The translations under genes were made by a program, and so were the position numbers. The notes below the pieces were generated by a model that was not told where the DNA came from, did no database searches, and saw only the letters and a program-made list of their open reading frames with translations. Below are positions 1 to 24,900 of a stretch of DNA of 64,000 bases, in pieces; position 1 is the first letter of the stretch, and each line of letters opens with the position of its first letter. Source of the DNA: Zygnema circumcarinatum SAG 698-1b (lineage: Eukaryota > Plantae > Zygnematophyceae); the NCBI GenBank assembly GCA_037447605.1, contig CM074811.1, forward strand, positions 620,001 to 684,000, given 5' to 3'.

Positions 1-3
1 TAG

Positions 4-11569
<11,566 letters not shown>

Positions 11570-12107
11570 GGGGAGAGAGGGAAGGGGAGAGGGAGAGGGG
11601 GAGGGGTGGGAGAATTGTGTATTTATTGGGGGATTAGGTAGGTAGAGAGAGAGGTAGTGGAGAAAGTCTTGAATTTTTCTTTGTGGGGGCAGGGCGGGGT
11701 GGGGGGGACCCTCCATGCTTGGAGGTGGATAGTAGGCGAGTTAGCAGGCTAGGAAGGGGCTAATTGTTTCTCAATTTATAAGGGCTGGAGGGATTAAGGC
11801 ATAGTATAGGACAGGATTAGAGTGAGAGAGAGGGGGGGGGGGGGGACGAATGGGAGGAGGGAGAGGGGTAGGGCTGGTTTGAGCCAGTCCTTGTGAATAT
11901 GCCATTTCCTTGCGGTGGCCTCCTATATTGTAGCTGTCGTAGAACGGTGAACGGAACTGTAGCAGGGAGTCTGCTCCTAGGGCTGGCTGGCTTCCCTTTT
12001 GTTTAGCGCACGTGCCTTCCTTCATTCCATCTCTGCATTAAGGCGCAGAGGAAATCACTACTATGTCCTGTGCCATGGTCATGACTCATCTGACATCCTC
12101 GCATGGC

Positions 12108-12290
12108 TATGTATGTATGTATGTATGTATGTATGTATGTATGTATGTATGTATGTTTGCGCTGCTGCATGTGACCTTGCATGGTATGTCATGCCACCAT
12201 AAGGAGGGCAGGTCATGCCATGCCATGCCTTGCCATGGACTTGCACGGTATGTGATGCCACCATAAGGTAGGCATGTCATTGCCAGGTCA
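12108..12290 (+). repeat. (TATG)12 microsatellite followed by a ~29-45-bp direct repeat (12176-12204 vs 12240-12268)
   Basis: CTTGCA(T/C)GGTATGT(C/G)ATGCCACCATAAGG occurs twice, 64 bp apart. Confidence 0.8.
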
Positions 12291-12997
12291 TGTCGTGCCA
12301 CGCCGTACGGCGACCGTACGGTCTCCTCTGAGAGAACGCGAGAACGAACGTCCTCGCGTTCGTACTCGTACTGTCGAGACTCGCGGACATGGCGACACAT
12401 CTTTGTAATTTTTATGACATGTTGTTCCTCGAGTTCTGAAAGTTTTCGAAGCATCAATATGAAAAAGTTTCGAGTTCCTCAACCTGCCCGCTTTCTTCTT
12501 TTACTTTTAAGGTCAGCTGCTCTATTTCCGGATGCGGTCGTTGCAGAAAAACATTTCTTAAATTCCATACCGGAGCCGATTTCGACCAATCCCTGACGCG
12601 AATTACATTCTTTTTTTAGAAACTGGCTGCCCGAAGCCATCTGATAGACTGGGCGTTCTTCACTCGGTCAGAAGAAAACATTTTCCTCCAGCAAAGTCAA
12701 CCACAAAAAACATTATTCCAACTAACCCCGGCCCTGCCAAACCGACGGACGCTGCCTGTCCCTGTTGCAGTTCTGCCCGTTCTCGGGAAAATGGAAGGTT
12801 AAGATTTCCCTCCACTTGGTACAGACGAATCGCAGCCGTCCGTGATTTCTTTTTTTTTATTTCTGCCCGGTCTGGGTGCTCCCTGCACCGTCTGCTGCCG
12901 TCAGGCGGAGGAGGGAGAGGGAGAGGGAGAAAGAGAGAGACAGAGACTCAGAGGCAGGCAGGCGTAAGCAGGAGCAGGACCAGCCAGGAGCGTGGCC

Positions 12998-15900
12998 ATG
13001 GCTTGTCGGAGAGCGACAATGGCGGCGCTGGTGCTGGCGGTGGTGCTGCTGGCGCAGCAGGCGGCGGCGTTCTACCTTCCGGGTGTGGCTCCGCAGGATT
13101 TTCAGAAGGTGAGAAGGTTTGGATGTGGAGATTTGGTGGCGGATGCGGCGAAGCGAAGGTGCTTGAAGGAGGGGCGGCCATGTAGGGTCTTTTTTGGCTT
13201 GTGGTGCTGATTACAATAGCGGATCAGATAACGGCGGAAATGTGAGGGACGGTTGGATTTGCAGGGAGACAAGCTGTCTGTGAAGGTGAACAAGCTGACA
13301 TCCACGAAGACGCAGCTTCCATACGAGTATTATACTGTGAAGGGCTTTTGCAAGCCCGAGGCCGTCTTGAACAGAGCCGAGAATCTGGGAGAGGTGTTGA
13401 GAGGGGATCGGATTGAGAACTCTCTCTATGAGGTGAGCTTCACGATGCCATGTTTGTTGTAATTTTCTTCCGTTACAAAGAAGGCCTTTTCTTGCCATTT
13501 GCATTTTCCTGATTGGCGGTTTCATTGTTGATGGTATCTATGATGGGAGCAGTTTCAAATGAAGGAAGACGAGCAGTGCAAGATTGTCTGCAAAAAGGAT
13601 GGGTTGACGAAGGCTGAGACAAAGGATCTTAAGGAGAAGATTGCGGAGGATTACCGTGTGAACATGTAAGCTGAGCATGTCTTTTGGATCGTATTCATGC
13701 GAGGACGGCTGCCTCCGCCAGAGATTCTTAGGGTTTGATGATGCTGACCACGTTTCCGACTCGTTCCTCTCGATGTTCGTTCAGGATTCTGGATAATCTC
13801 CCAGTTGCCATGGTGAAGGTGCGGACTGAGAATAACATTGCGTTGAAGACGTACGAGCGCGGGTACCCTGTCGGTTTCCATGCGCAGGTGCAGGTGAGTT
13901 TTGAAATATTTGCCTTTCCAACCCCGCTCTCTTGTTGGCAGGTAAAGATAAAGCAACACTGTAGGCCTCAGCTTTGCCTTCATCCGCCTCGCTTTAGGAG
14001 CCATCTCTATCAACTTCCATTACGGGCTCCTTGGGTGCACTGTCGATATAGAAGGGTTTGGCTCCTTCGTTAGGAAGTCAGGAATCAGATTCGCCGGCTG
14101 TGTTGTTGGCTTTCTCAGTCTGATGCATGATAGTGTTGCAGGAAGGTGGTGACGAGAACTACTATCTCCACAATCATCTGCGCTTCACTGTTCTGTATCA
14201 CAAGGATACGCTGACAAAATTCTCTCGCATTGTCGGATTTGAAGTCGAGCCTTTCAGGTGTGCTGGTTTGGACATTTCTGCCTTGCTCTGATCGTTTGCT
14301 TGTGTTCCCTTTCCCCCAATCCTGCATACCTACTTGATAGATCCGAGTAGTGGTATGCTTGGCTTGTTGGCCTACTCTACTCTTTTGTTGCTTCAAATGC
14401 CTTTATAAACGGAGAATGTTGGGAATTCGTCAGACCTATGGGCTTACGACGGACTATCCAGAGATTTTACCAATTGTCCTGTTTGGATGGCAGTGTAAAG
14501 CATGACTATGACGGCGCTTGGGATGAAAAAAAGCCACGCCTCCAGACATGCAATCCTGGAAGCATGCAATTTGTCAACCATGGCCTGCCCCCGCAACCCG
14601 TTGAAGATTCTCAGGAGATAATTTTCTCCTACGATGTTTTGTTCAAGGTTTGTTTCTTCACCTCGACCACTCGGTCTCGTATAGAATGCATCCTGAGTAG
14701 ACCTTTTGACGTAAGTGTGGAAGTTTGATTCCACAGTATCCACGAGTATTTTGCTGGCGACGATTCACTTTTGCTGGTTTACCATTGTCAATCAGTAAGG
14801 ATTTTTTTAGGTTTCATCAGTTATTGCAGCATTGCAGTCTACTGTGTTTGCTAGTTATTATGTGCATGTGGAGGATGTTTGTTTTATGTTTATGTAGGCT
14901 TCTTTACGACATTAGGTCATGCACGTTTCCTTTCACAAGGTGTCAAGTTCAGTTTGCACCTTCGGAGCTGATTTCCATTGGTTACCTTGTTCTTGTCTGC
15001 AGCCGAGCCCTGTGAAGTGGGCCTCTCGATGGGACACGTATCTGCTCATGACGGATGACCAGATCCATTGGTTCTCCATCATCAACTCCCTCATGATTGT
15101 GCTTTTCTTGTCCGGCATGGTGGCAATGATCATGATGAGGACCCTGCATCGGGACATTTCGAAGTACAACCAGCTGGAGACGCAGGATGAGGCGCAGGAA
15201 GAGACTGGTTGGAAGTTGGTGCACGGAGATGTGTTCAGGGCCCCGGTGCACTATGGGCTTCTCTGTGTGCTAGTCGGAACAGGAGTTCAATTTTTTGGCA
15301 TGACGTTGGTGACAATGCTGTTTGCGGTGCTCGGGTTTTTATCTCCTGCAAATCGTGGAGGCCTGATGACAGCCATGCTTCTGCTTTGGGTGTTCATGGG
15401 GCTTTTCGCCGGTTACGCATCGGCAAGGCTGTTCAAGATGTTCAAGGGAACAGACTGGAAGATGAACACCATCAAGACCGCCTTACTCTTCCCTGGCACA
15501 ATCTTTGTCATCTTCTTCATTCTGAATACCTTGATCTGGGGAGAGGAATCCTCAGGGGCTGTCCCTTTCGGAACCATGTTCGCCCTTGTATTCCTCTGGT
15601 TTGGCATCTCTGTTCCCCTCGTCTTCATTGGAAGCTACTTCGGTTTCAAGAAGGCAGCAATTGAGGACCCTGTTCGCACTAACAAGATTCCCCGACAGAT
15701 TCCTGAGCAAGCCTGGTACATGCGCCCTGTGTTCTCAATCCTTATTGGAGGAATTCTGCCCTTTGGAGCCGTCTTCATTGAGCTGTTTTTTATCCTCACC
15801 TCCATCTGGCTGCACCAGTTCTACTACATCTTTGGGTTCTTGTTCCTGGTCTTCATCATCCTCATCGTGACCTGCGCCGAGATCACAATTGTCCTATGTT

Positions 15901-16160
15901 ATTTCCAACTCTGCAGTGAGGACTACCACTGGTGGTGGAGGGCATACCTCACATCAGGATCCTCAGCGCTGTACCTATTCCTTTACGCAGCATTCTATTT
16001 CTTCACAAAACTGGAAATCTCGAAGCCGGTATCGGGCGTCCTCTATTTCGGATATATGATCATCATCTCGTACTGCTTCTTCGTTCTCACCGGAACGATT
16101 GGGTTCTATGCCTGCTACTGGTTCGTGCGCACTATCTATGCGTCTGTTAAGATAGATTAA
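12998..16160 (+). CDS. Transmembrane 9 superfamily protein (EMP70/TM9SF nonaspanin)
   Basis: Exons 12998-13108, 13265-13432, 13553-13665, 13785-13893, 14142-14257, 14494-14647, 15003-16160. Signal peptide then FYLPGVAPQDF, KLTSTKTQLPYEYY, ENLGEVLRGDRIENS, LDNLPVA, IHWFSIINS, nine hydrophobic segments and C-terminal YASVKID (KxD/E motif). Confidence 0.97.
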
Positions 16161-18902
16161 GTGGAACAGTAGGGTTCTGGTAGGGGCATTTGGAAAGGAA
16201 CAGGGGCCCTTTTCCATAGTGTCGATCTTACGCAAGCTGCTTTACACAGAAGAGGGACCTTGTCAAAAGAGCTGGTTGAGGTAGTGTGGAAGTGGAGCAT
16301 CTGTATTTGGAGATGGGGGCAGTCTTTCATATCCGATGAAAACTGGGAGGTTGGAGGAGGCAGAGAGGGCAGGCGCGTAAAGGCGCAGTGGCTGGCAAGG
16401 GAGGGAGAGGCTATCCCGACTGTTAAAATTTGTCACGCGCCTCTCTTAGTTGAGTACGACTTGGAAAAGTGAAGTAGTTACGCTGAGGAGGTTGTTAGGA
16501 ACTTCGGGCCTTAACCCAGGGAACAATTTTTCACGCAGCCTTGTACATGACTGGTTGGCACAGTATTGAAATTGTAAGGTTCTGCTTTGTCTCCCTTCTC
16601 CCGTGAGCGTGTGTGGCTAGACGGGAGGAACGGTGCAACTAGTGACTGGTGAGAAATTGCCAAACCTTTTAAGGGCCTCTAGAAGGGACTTCTCCTTTGT
16701 TCCTTGAAAACTCTATTTCGACCTTGTTGGGGGATGCTTAGACTTGTGTAGTGGGGAGCTTTCTAAAGGTGGGTGGCGTGCATGTAACTTCCATGGGATG
16801 GTGGGATACCTTCTGCACATGCATCATGCTTGCATGGCCCCCCCCGGCATGCGCATGTGTCAGGCAGTTATTGACTGTTGCAGTCCAGGAGTCCAGTCAT
16901 TGCAGTTTAATAGGGTCCTCTTCTTTTGCCTGATGCTAATTGTGAGAGGATACGCGCCCATGTGAGAGCCATGACTGATACATTTGGCGTAGATGCATGC
17001 ATACATGCATGCATGGGGATGCAATTATCCACATCCATGTGTGCTGCTCGTCCATGTTCATGCCATCCAGACTCGCATAGTGGTGAAATGTCCACGCCAT
17101 TTGATGTGACAGCTGTGATTGGTACTTGCAAGCCATATCTCAGGGACTTCTTGATTGCCTTAACTTGCCAGGGAGAAGCCTTCCCTGTGTGTTTACATTT
17201 CGTTACCTGTTGCGTTGAGTCGAGACTCTCGGTTGACCGACTGCCATCTCTGGTAGGGCCCTCGGTGTCTCTCAACACAGTCATACACATAAGCAAGCAG
17301 CACTGTGTACGCAAGCAAGCAGTAGTAGCATTTGGTCTTTAGGACTTCCGTTTTGTGCAACAAGGGATAAAAGTTCAAATGCTCCCTTAGCATTATGTGC
17401 TAATACTATAATATCTTGTAAAACCGCGCCATTTGTCTTATGACTGACCTTCCACTCTATGCCAGTACACTATGCCACGAAACGGAATGACACCGGTGAC
17501 CCCATACTGAATGCACCACACGAATTGATACACCGTACAGATTACAGAAGAGTGGACCACACTTTATGCCATTCGTAAATAGTGTAGAGTTTAATGGTAT
17601 TGAAAATATGCATATTCTTGTCATATTTTCACTAACATAACTTAAGCGTAGTATGTAAACCGCCCACTCTGATCGCACCATAGAATTACTGGAAAACAGC
17701 AATTAGTGTGGGCCACACTATTTACGCACCCACAATTGTGTACCCACACTGAATGAGCTGAACGGCGTAGACCGTAAATCGATCAGAACAAGATGGAGTT
17801 CACATGCAATCAGCTCCGTTTCTGACTCCAAAGGAATCATCAAAGGTCCATGATGCAGAGCTTAAGATTGACAATGTTTTGCAGAACAGTCCGAACGGAC
17901 CTGTCTCTGCAGCAATCCAAATTACAAGATTGAGGCAAACCAAAAAGGGCTCCACGACAAGGCAGAGGCGTTCCAAGAATGTGTCTGTTCAGTAGAACCA
18001 AAAATAGGGGGGCCATATAGAACACCTTAAGTCAGGGTCGGTCAGTCGCTATTTGACTAACTAAAGATGACTCGGATGCAGGGGACAACCCTAATCTTTC
18101 ACAACAAAGACCACATCAAAAGAAGGTCAACAATTATTTAAAAAAACTATCCAAAGGAAGGTGAAAGGGCTTAGCTTATCTTGAGAAAGCCCCTTTTTTT
18201 TTCCAATTGCAATGTACAACAACTTTTGCACCCCATTCCTTGATCAGAAGTGGAGGCGCAGCCTTATTTACTTTGGTGGATTTTCTCTCAAAAAAAAAGG
18301 AGGGGCCATGCTGTACATATAGAGGGAGGCTTCCGTTGAACATTTTTTTCAACCTTATTGTCGGCAGGTAGCGGCTCTCCCTCCGCCTCTCCCTCCTTCT
18401 GCCCTTGAAGCTCAGTTCCGGCCGGAAAGAATATGGAAGCCTCCAAGTGACTTCTTTGAATCTCGATGAAAGCTGTTTGGTACAAAGTGAGGAACAAGGT
18501 GAAGAGAGCAGAATCCGACAGTAGAAATTATCTGTAAGCCAAATGAAATGGTGGGGACCATCCCTCCAAGTTGAAGGAAGCGAATTCTCTTTATGCTTGG
18601 ACTCTCGTCGGCATGAAGGAGTGGAGAAATGCCACCATGGAGAATTAGATGACATCACTCTTCTTGTCTCATATGGGCTGGCTGACGACGTAGGTGACAG
18701 TACCAACATTTTTCGATGTAGTGGGTGGCGTCATCATCTTCACGTGGTCTCAAACAGGATGGGAGAAAAACGTCAGTCGGTGAGATTCCTTATCTCCCGA
18801 ACAACCGTCGTTTCCAATATTGGAAGGAATTCAGGGTAGTGGAGGGAGAGATGTCCTGCTTTCTGAGGAGGGGAGTCCAAGTTTGGCTATGGAAAGAAGC
18901 CC

Positions 18903-19805
18903 TCAGAAGTGCTTAGAGGGTCTCCAGAGGAGAGGACTACTGAGGGAGGCTGCTCCCTCCGGTGGTAGTGGAGAAAGGATATGCAGTGAGGGAGAAGGGC
19001 ACAATGGGGCATAGAAACTCTCACTTCCGTTAACTGCGTCGAGGTGATTTGGCGACTGCAGAAGAGGGCTGAGGGGAGTAGGAGTAGGAGGGAGAGAGGG
19101 AGAGTGAGTGGAAATGAGGGTGGGAGAGTCATTTGAAGAGATCACCAAGGCAGGAGCCTCAATTCTTCTACCACTGCCTTCCCCTAAATTCTCCTGTCCG
19201 AGCCCTGCCCGTGTTTCGAGGGCAGCACTTCCTCCTGCGGTAGAGTCACTTTTTGCCCCAAAACTGCCAACCCGGAAAATTCCTCCCCACGTTCGGGCTA
19301 AGTGGTGAAGTAAGGCCAAGACAAGGCATGCTGAAACAAAAAGGATTCCGGAAGCTGCGAGAGAGAGCCCATAAACGTGCCACGTGGGTCGTATGAGTTC
19401 GTCTCCCGTACACTTCCCCTCTCCCTCCGCCTCCTCCCCACTGAAGAGAGTTCTGTCCGTACAGTCGAGGCGAGCCCCGCATGCTCTGTTGTAGGCCACA
19501 CAGGCGGAGTGGCAGACACGGAGACGGTTGTCTCCGTCGGAATCACAACGCTGAATTGATATCTGGGGGAGGTAAACATGCCGCAAGGAGCACAAGCCTT
19601 TAGGGTTTCGGACAGTTTTTTAGGGTATCGACAGCTTTTAGTGTCTTTGGTGGTTTTGGGGTTCTCTCTCTCTCTCTCGCTCTCTTTCTACTCTCTTTCT
19701 CTTTCTCTCTTTCTCTCTCTCTCTTTCTCTCCTTCTCTCTTTCTCTCTTTCTCTCTTTCTCTTTCTCTCTTTCTCTCTCTCTCTCTCTCTTTCTCTCCTT
19801 CTCTC

Positions 19806-19839
<34 letters not shown>

Positions 19840-20121
19840 GCTCTCTTTCTTCTCTCTTTCTCTCTTTCTCTCTTTCTCTCTCTCTCTTTCTCTCCTTCTC
19901 TCTTTCTCTCTTTCTCTCTTTCTCTTTCTCTCTTTCTCTCTCTCTCTCTCACTCTTTCTCTCCTTCTCTCTTTCTCTCTTTCTCTCTTTCTCTCTTTCTC
20001 TTTCTCTCTTTCTCTCTCTCTCTCTCCCTCTTTCTCTCTCTCTCTCTTTCTCGCCTTCTCTCTTTCTCTCTTTCTCTCTTTCTCTTTCTCTCTCTCTCTC
20101 ACTCTTTCTCTCCTTCTCTCC

Positions 20122-20218
<97 letters not shown>

Positions 20219-21914
20219 CCTCTCTGTTGTAGGGTAGAGCCTCACCCAGCATGCTAGCTTCCTTGCCGAGGCAGCACATCTCCCATTGTCCAGAAACCCA
20301 AGAATGGACCTCCCTGCCGGCACAAGCCGCTTGTAGTTCGGCACTACCACCGCCGCCTCCAACTGTTGAAGAACAGCAGACTCCGTGGGGGCACAGTGCT
20401 GAGCTGCCCCTCTCATCCCTCCCCCTCTCCCTCCCTCTCTCCCTCCCTTCTTCTCTCCCTTCGTCTCTCCCTCTCCAGCAAACACACTCCCACAGAGCTG
20501 AAGACTGGCAGCGAGCGCCTCTCCCTTTTGGCAGCCATATCCTGCGTAATCGGAGCAGCGAAATTCACAGACTCCGTTGTCGCATACTCCCCCGTGGAGA
20601 CTGCACTGCTCGTCACAGCTCGCTGACACACCCCCTCAATTGCATAGCTTCAGGACATAGAAAATTTCAGCTTGAAATTTTGGGATTTGGGTTTTATCCA
20701 AGATTTCAACCTGTCGTGGATAGACACGGCTTTCTATCTATTGAAGGAGCTAACCCTAAAATTCCCAAAGAGCAGAGCCTCACACACACACACACATCAC
20801 ATTCCGAATCGATCAAAGTCACGAACTTCCTTACTTCCTCACGCAACGCGACTAACCGAGAAACCTTGCGATTGAACTTACATACAAACAGCATAATGTG
20901 ATGCAGATTTGATGTACCTGTAGAACAATCGATTCCGGTGTAGCCTGCATCACACTCGCACACTCCCACTGGCATACATTCCCCATGGCCACTGCAGCTG
21001 TTTGGACACACACCTGCATCCCAAAAAGACAAAAAATAGGGCGCACATAAACAAGATTAGGTGACAACGTGTTTCAGTTTCACGGTACAAGTTCACGGTG
21101 AAAAGTTCCAGTTACTAAACACGGGGTGTCCTTCCCTACAACCTTAAATCTCTCCTCCAACCTTTCCCCCTCCCTCTCCCTCTCCCTCAGGAAAGACTCC
21201 ATTAGCACCCTTCTCAAAGACACGAACATCCAGAACCCTAAACTGTCCAACAACCCTACACACCACAAGAAAGTGAAGAATCCTCCTCACCAACCCTAAA
21301 CCTTCAAACATTTCAAGCTCTCCATAGTGAAGGGCCCACCCGAGCGAAAGGACATTTTAGGGTTTTTAGGGTTTTTAGGGTTTGTAGGGTTTAAGGAAAG
21401 GAGGGGGGGGGGGGGGGGNNNNNNNNNNCGCTAAAGGAAGCGAAAGCTTCTTCTCACGTTGGCTGCAGTCTTCTCCGGAGAAGCCCAAAAAGCACGTGCA
21501 GACCCCTTCTACACAGTCTCCATTGTTATTGCATCCGTTCAAGCAGCTTCCAGGAAGGTGCAGCAAACCCCCCGAGCAAAGCTCGTGAAAGGCAGGACAC
21601 TGCAGCTCTCCTGCATTGACAACACAATTCTGAGCATTTTAAGGTTTAGAAAGTCTATTAGGGTTCGCACGGTTTCAGGGTTTTGAGACGAGGGTTTCGC
21701 ACTTTAGGGTATGTTAGATCTTTAGGGTAAACATGATTTTAGGTTTCAGGAGCGTTTACAAGGTGGGGGGATAAAGAGAAATTTTACCGTTAAACCCCGG
21801 GAATTCGATGGAGCCCCCTTCTAAAGGGCACGGCTGCCATACGCCATCCACTGCCACCTGGTAGTCCCATTGACTCCATGCGGCTCAGTTCAGTATTCAA
21901 ATCTCTCTCTCTCT

Positions 21915-21968
<54 letters not shown>

Positions 21969-24900
21969 CTCTCTCTCTCACGCACACACTTCACATAGAA
22001 AATCCCCGTCTTCAGTAGAGGGCAACAGCTCATTCCTACCGACTGAACAGGAAACAAATGGAACTGCAGCTGCCTGTAAGACACTAGGCTATGTTCTTTT
22101 TTTATTTTTTTGTAATTTTGAGGTTCTGTAGTGGTTTCAGAGATGTTGAAACTGTTAAGATTTTTGGGTTTTCGAAATTCCAGGTCTAACCTCCAAGTGG
22201 TTATCCACACAGCGGTGCTGATAGCACCCATTCCCCTGCACCATTGTGCCTCTAACGAATCCCGTTTTCACTAGCGATGAGGTCATGCACCTGCAGCCAA
22301 TCAGAGCTCGCCAGCTCAGCAACAAGTACCCAAACAGCTCTCTCTCCCCTGCCAGTGCTTACTGTATCCTCCCCACTCTTAACAACTATAGTCTACTTCT
22401 CACTCACACAGCAACCCTAGAAATACCCGAATCACCACACCAGCCCTAAAGAGTTCAAAGCCAACAAACCCTAGGATAATTCAAATGCATGGAACACCCC
22501 GTCCGTCTCCCCCTACATCACCATCCCTCTCCCACCCCTCTCCCATCACTCTCCCACCCCTCTCCCATCCCTCTCCCACCCCTCTCCCACCCCTCTCCCA
22601 TCACTCTCCCACCCCTCTCCCACCTCTCTCCCACCCCTCGCCCACCCCCCTCCCACCCCNNNNNNNNNNCCTCTCCCACCCCTCTCCCACCCCTCTCCCA
22701 AACCTCTCCCACCCCTCTCCCACCCCTCCCCTCACCTTGAGGAGGGCCCCCGCAACTCCCCCAACACTTTGTCTGCAGGTCGAGCACTGCTTGCGTCGAT
22801 GCAGGACCCATCGGAATATGCGACAAAATAGGCGCAGTAATCAGCCAATGAGGATTGGCCACCTGGCATCCAAAAAAACCATATTTGAATGTTTGCACGC
22901 CACCAAATGGGTTTATGGCACAACTAAAAGTTGATAAAAAAAAGTCCATACGGCTTCACATTTAGGGTGGTGTATCCAAAAGCTATTCATAGCCCTCCAA
23001 GGAAATCATAACAATTGGAACTTTTTAAGGCATAAAATACTAAAGCCCTAACAAATTAAAATTTAAAAAATCTCAAACAAACCTTCCTAGAACATAAGGT
23101 TGCAAACGGAGCTTAACAACCCTACAAGCTAATGAAAAACATGTAGTTGGTCTATTCATGTATGACCAAGTAAGTCTTTCTCAAATGAACGCATGGAAGG
23201 AAGAATGGAAGGGATGGAAACGGAGCAGAAAGAATAGACTATGTACCTTTATTTGGCTCAGGAAAATACTGCGCCCACGTGGGTAATTCCCCATTGTACC
23301 GCACAATAGGGCAATAACCTTCCGCCTCCCTGCCCTCCATGCAAGTCCCGAGGAAAAAAACAGTAAGAGCTTCCATAAAACCAAACACAAAAAAGATTGA
23401 GTTAATCAGAAGCTCCACTCTCGTCCTTTCTGTCTCTCCACTCTCCCTCCCTCCCTCCCTCTCTGCACATCCTTCTTGGGCAATCCCCATCCCATACAGC
23501 TCGCCTCCCACCCATGCTATCGTTTTGCCCTCCCTCTGCCCCTTCTCCTCCCCCTCCACTGCCTCCCGCCCTTCCCTTTCCCTCGCCCTCCCACACCTTC
23601 ACCACCACGGACGAACCTTCAACCACCCCTCCCCCCCTCCCACCTCCCCCGCCCCCATCCCCCCCCTCCCCTCCCCCTCCAGCTTCCCCCTCCCTCTGCC
23701 CCTCCAGTTTCACCCTCCCCCCATCCCTCTCCTCCACCTCCCCCCCCTCCCCCCTTCCCCCCCTCCCCCTCCTCCTCCCCCTCTTCCCCTCCCTCTCACC
23801 GGTCGTAGGTGCAGGCGGAGGCGTGCGAGGAGTTGCAGCGGTAGGGCGCTGGCCACGTGTCGCATGGCCGTTGGGCGAAGGCTGCCCCCCTGGCGCGGCC
23901 CCATTGGAGGGCCTGCGCGCGGCGGTGGTCGGCGCGGTACCAGCCGCTGTCCTCGAGCAGCGCGAGGGTCAGACTGGACACGGAACTGCGCGCGTCCACG
24001 GACCCCGCCATCATCTCGTTCATCACCACGCGCTTCTCCCAGTGGGACCCTGCCGGGACGGGAAAGTCAACCAAAGTCAAGGAAAGTCAAGGCAGCTGGG
24101 ACCCAGGGGTCAAGGGAAGTCAAGGCAGCTGGGACCCAGGGGTCAAGGGAAGTCAAGGCAGCTGGGACCCAGGGGTCAGGGAAAGTCAAAGAAAGTCAAG
24201 GCAGGGGGGGTCGGGATCGGGTCGGATCCGGTCAGGTTAAATCAGTTGAAGTGGAAGTCAAGTTGGTCAAGTCGAGTCGACTCGAATCAAGTCTGGTGAA
24301 GTCAAGTCGGAACATGGGATCGAGTAGAGTGGAAAGTTGAGTCACAGAACAGAGGAATGCATGGCATGTGAAGGAGCGTACATGAAAAGGAATGAATGAA
24401 AGGTGATTGAGAAGTGTGCTGATGAATAAGAGAAACTTGGGAGGTCCCCTGTCAGTCGTCTGAGATGGGTTTTGTTCCAATTTGAAGGGGCGTAGTAGAG
24501 AAACTAGCAAGGTTCCTTGTTTGTGAAAATACGAAGGGTTGAAAGGGAAGAGAGAGGGAAAGGGAAGTGATCGGAGAAAGAGGCAAGTGATAGAGAGAGA
24601 TGTGGAGCTGCAATTTAATTCATACCAAGCCCGTTATTCGGATGTTGCTCTTCTCCTCCCGAGTCTAAGTTCGGTACATCGAGACCTTACCAACTGCATT
24701 CTAAACTGTACAAGATTTCTGAATCCTCAGTATTTATTGAGTATTTCAGATTTTAGAAGGTTTAAGAAATTTCAGTGTTTCTGTGTTACCTGCGGTGCCT
24801 CTCCCTCCTCCATCCTCCAGCTCCAAACCTTCGAATTCCCGAGAGTAAGCCTGTTGCACATGGCACCCACACAAAAGCATATGTCCGTAAGTCTGCCTCA

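Noticed and set aside
16744-18839. ORFs between TM9SF and the M8 protease (16926-17342, 17457-17702, 18176-18709, 18543-18839)
   Set aside because: No recognisable motifs or consistent splice model; compatible with convergent 3' UTRs and CATG-rich simple sequence.
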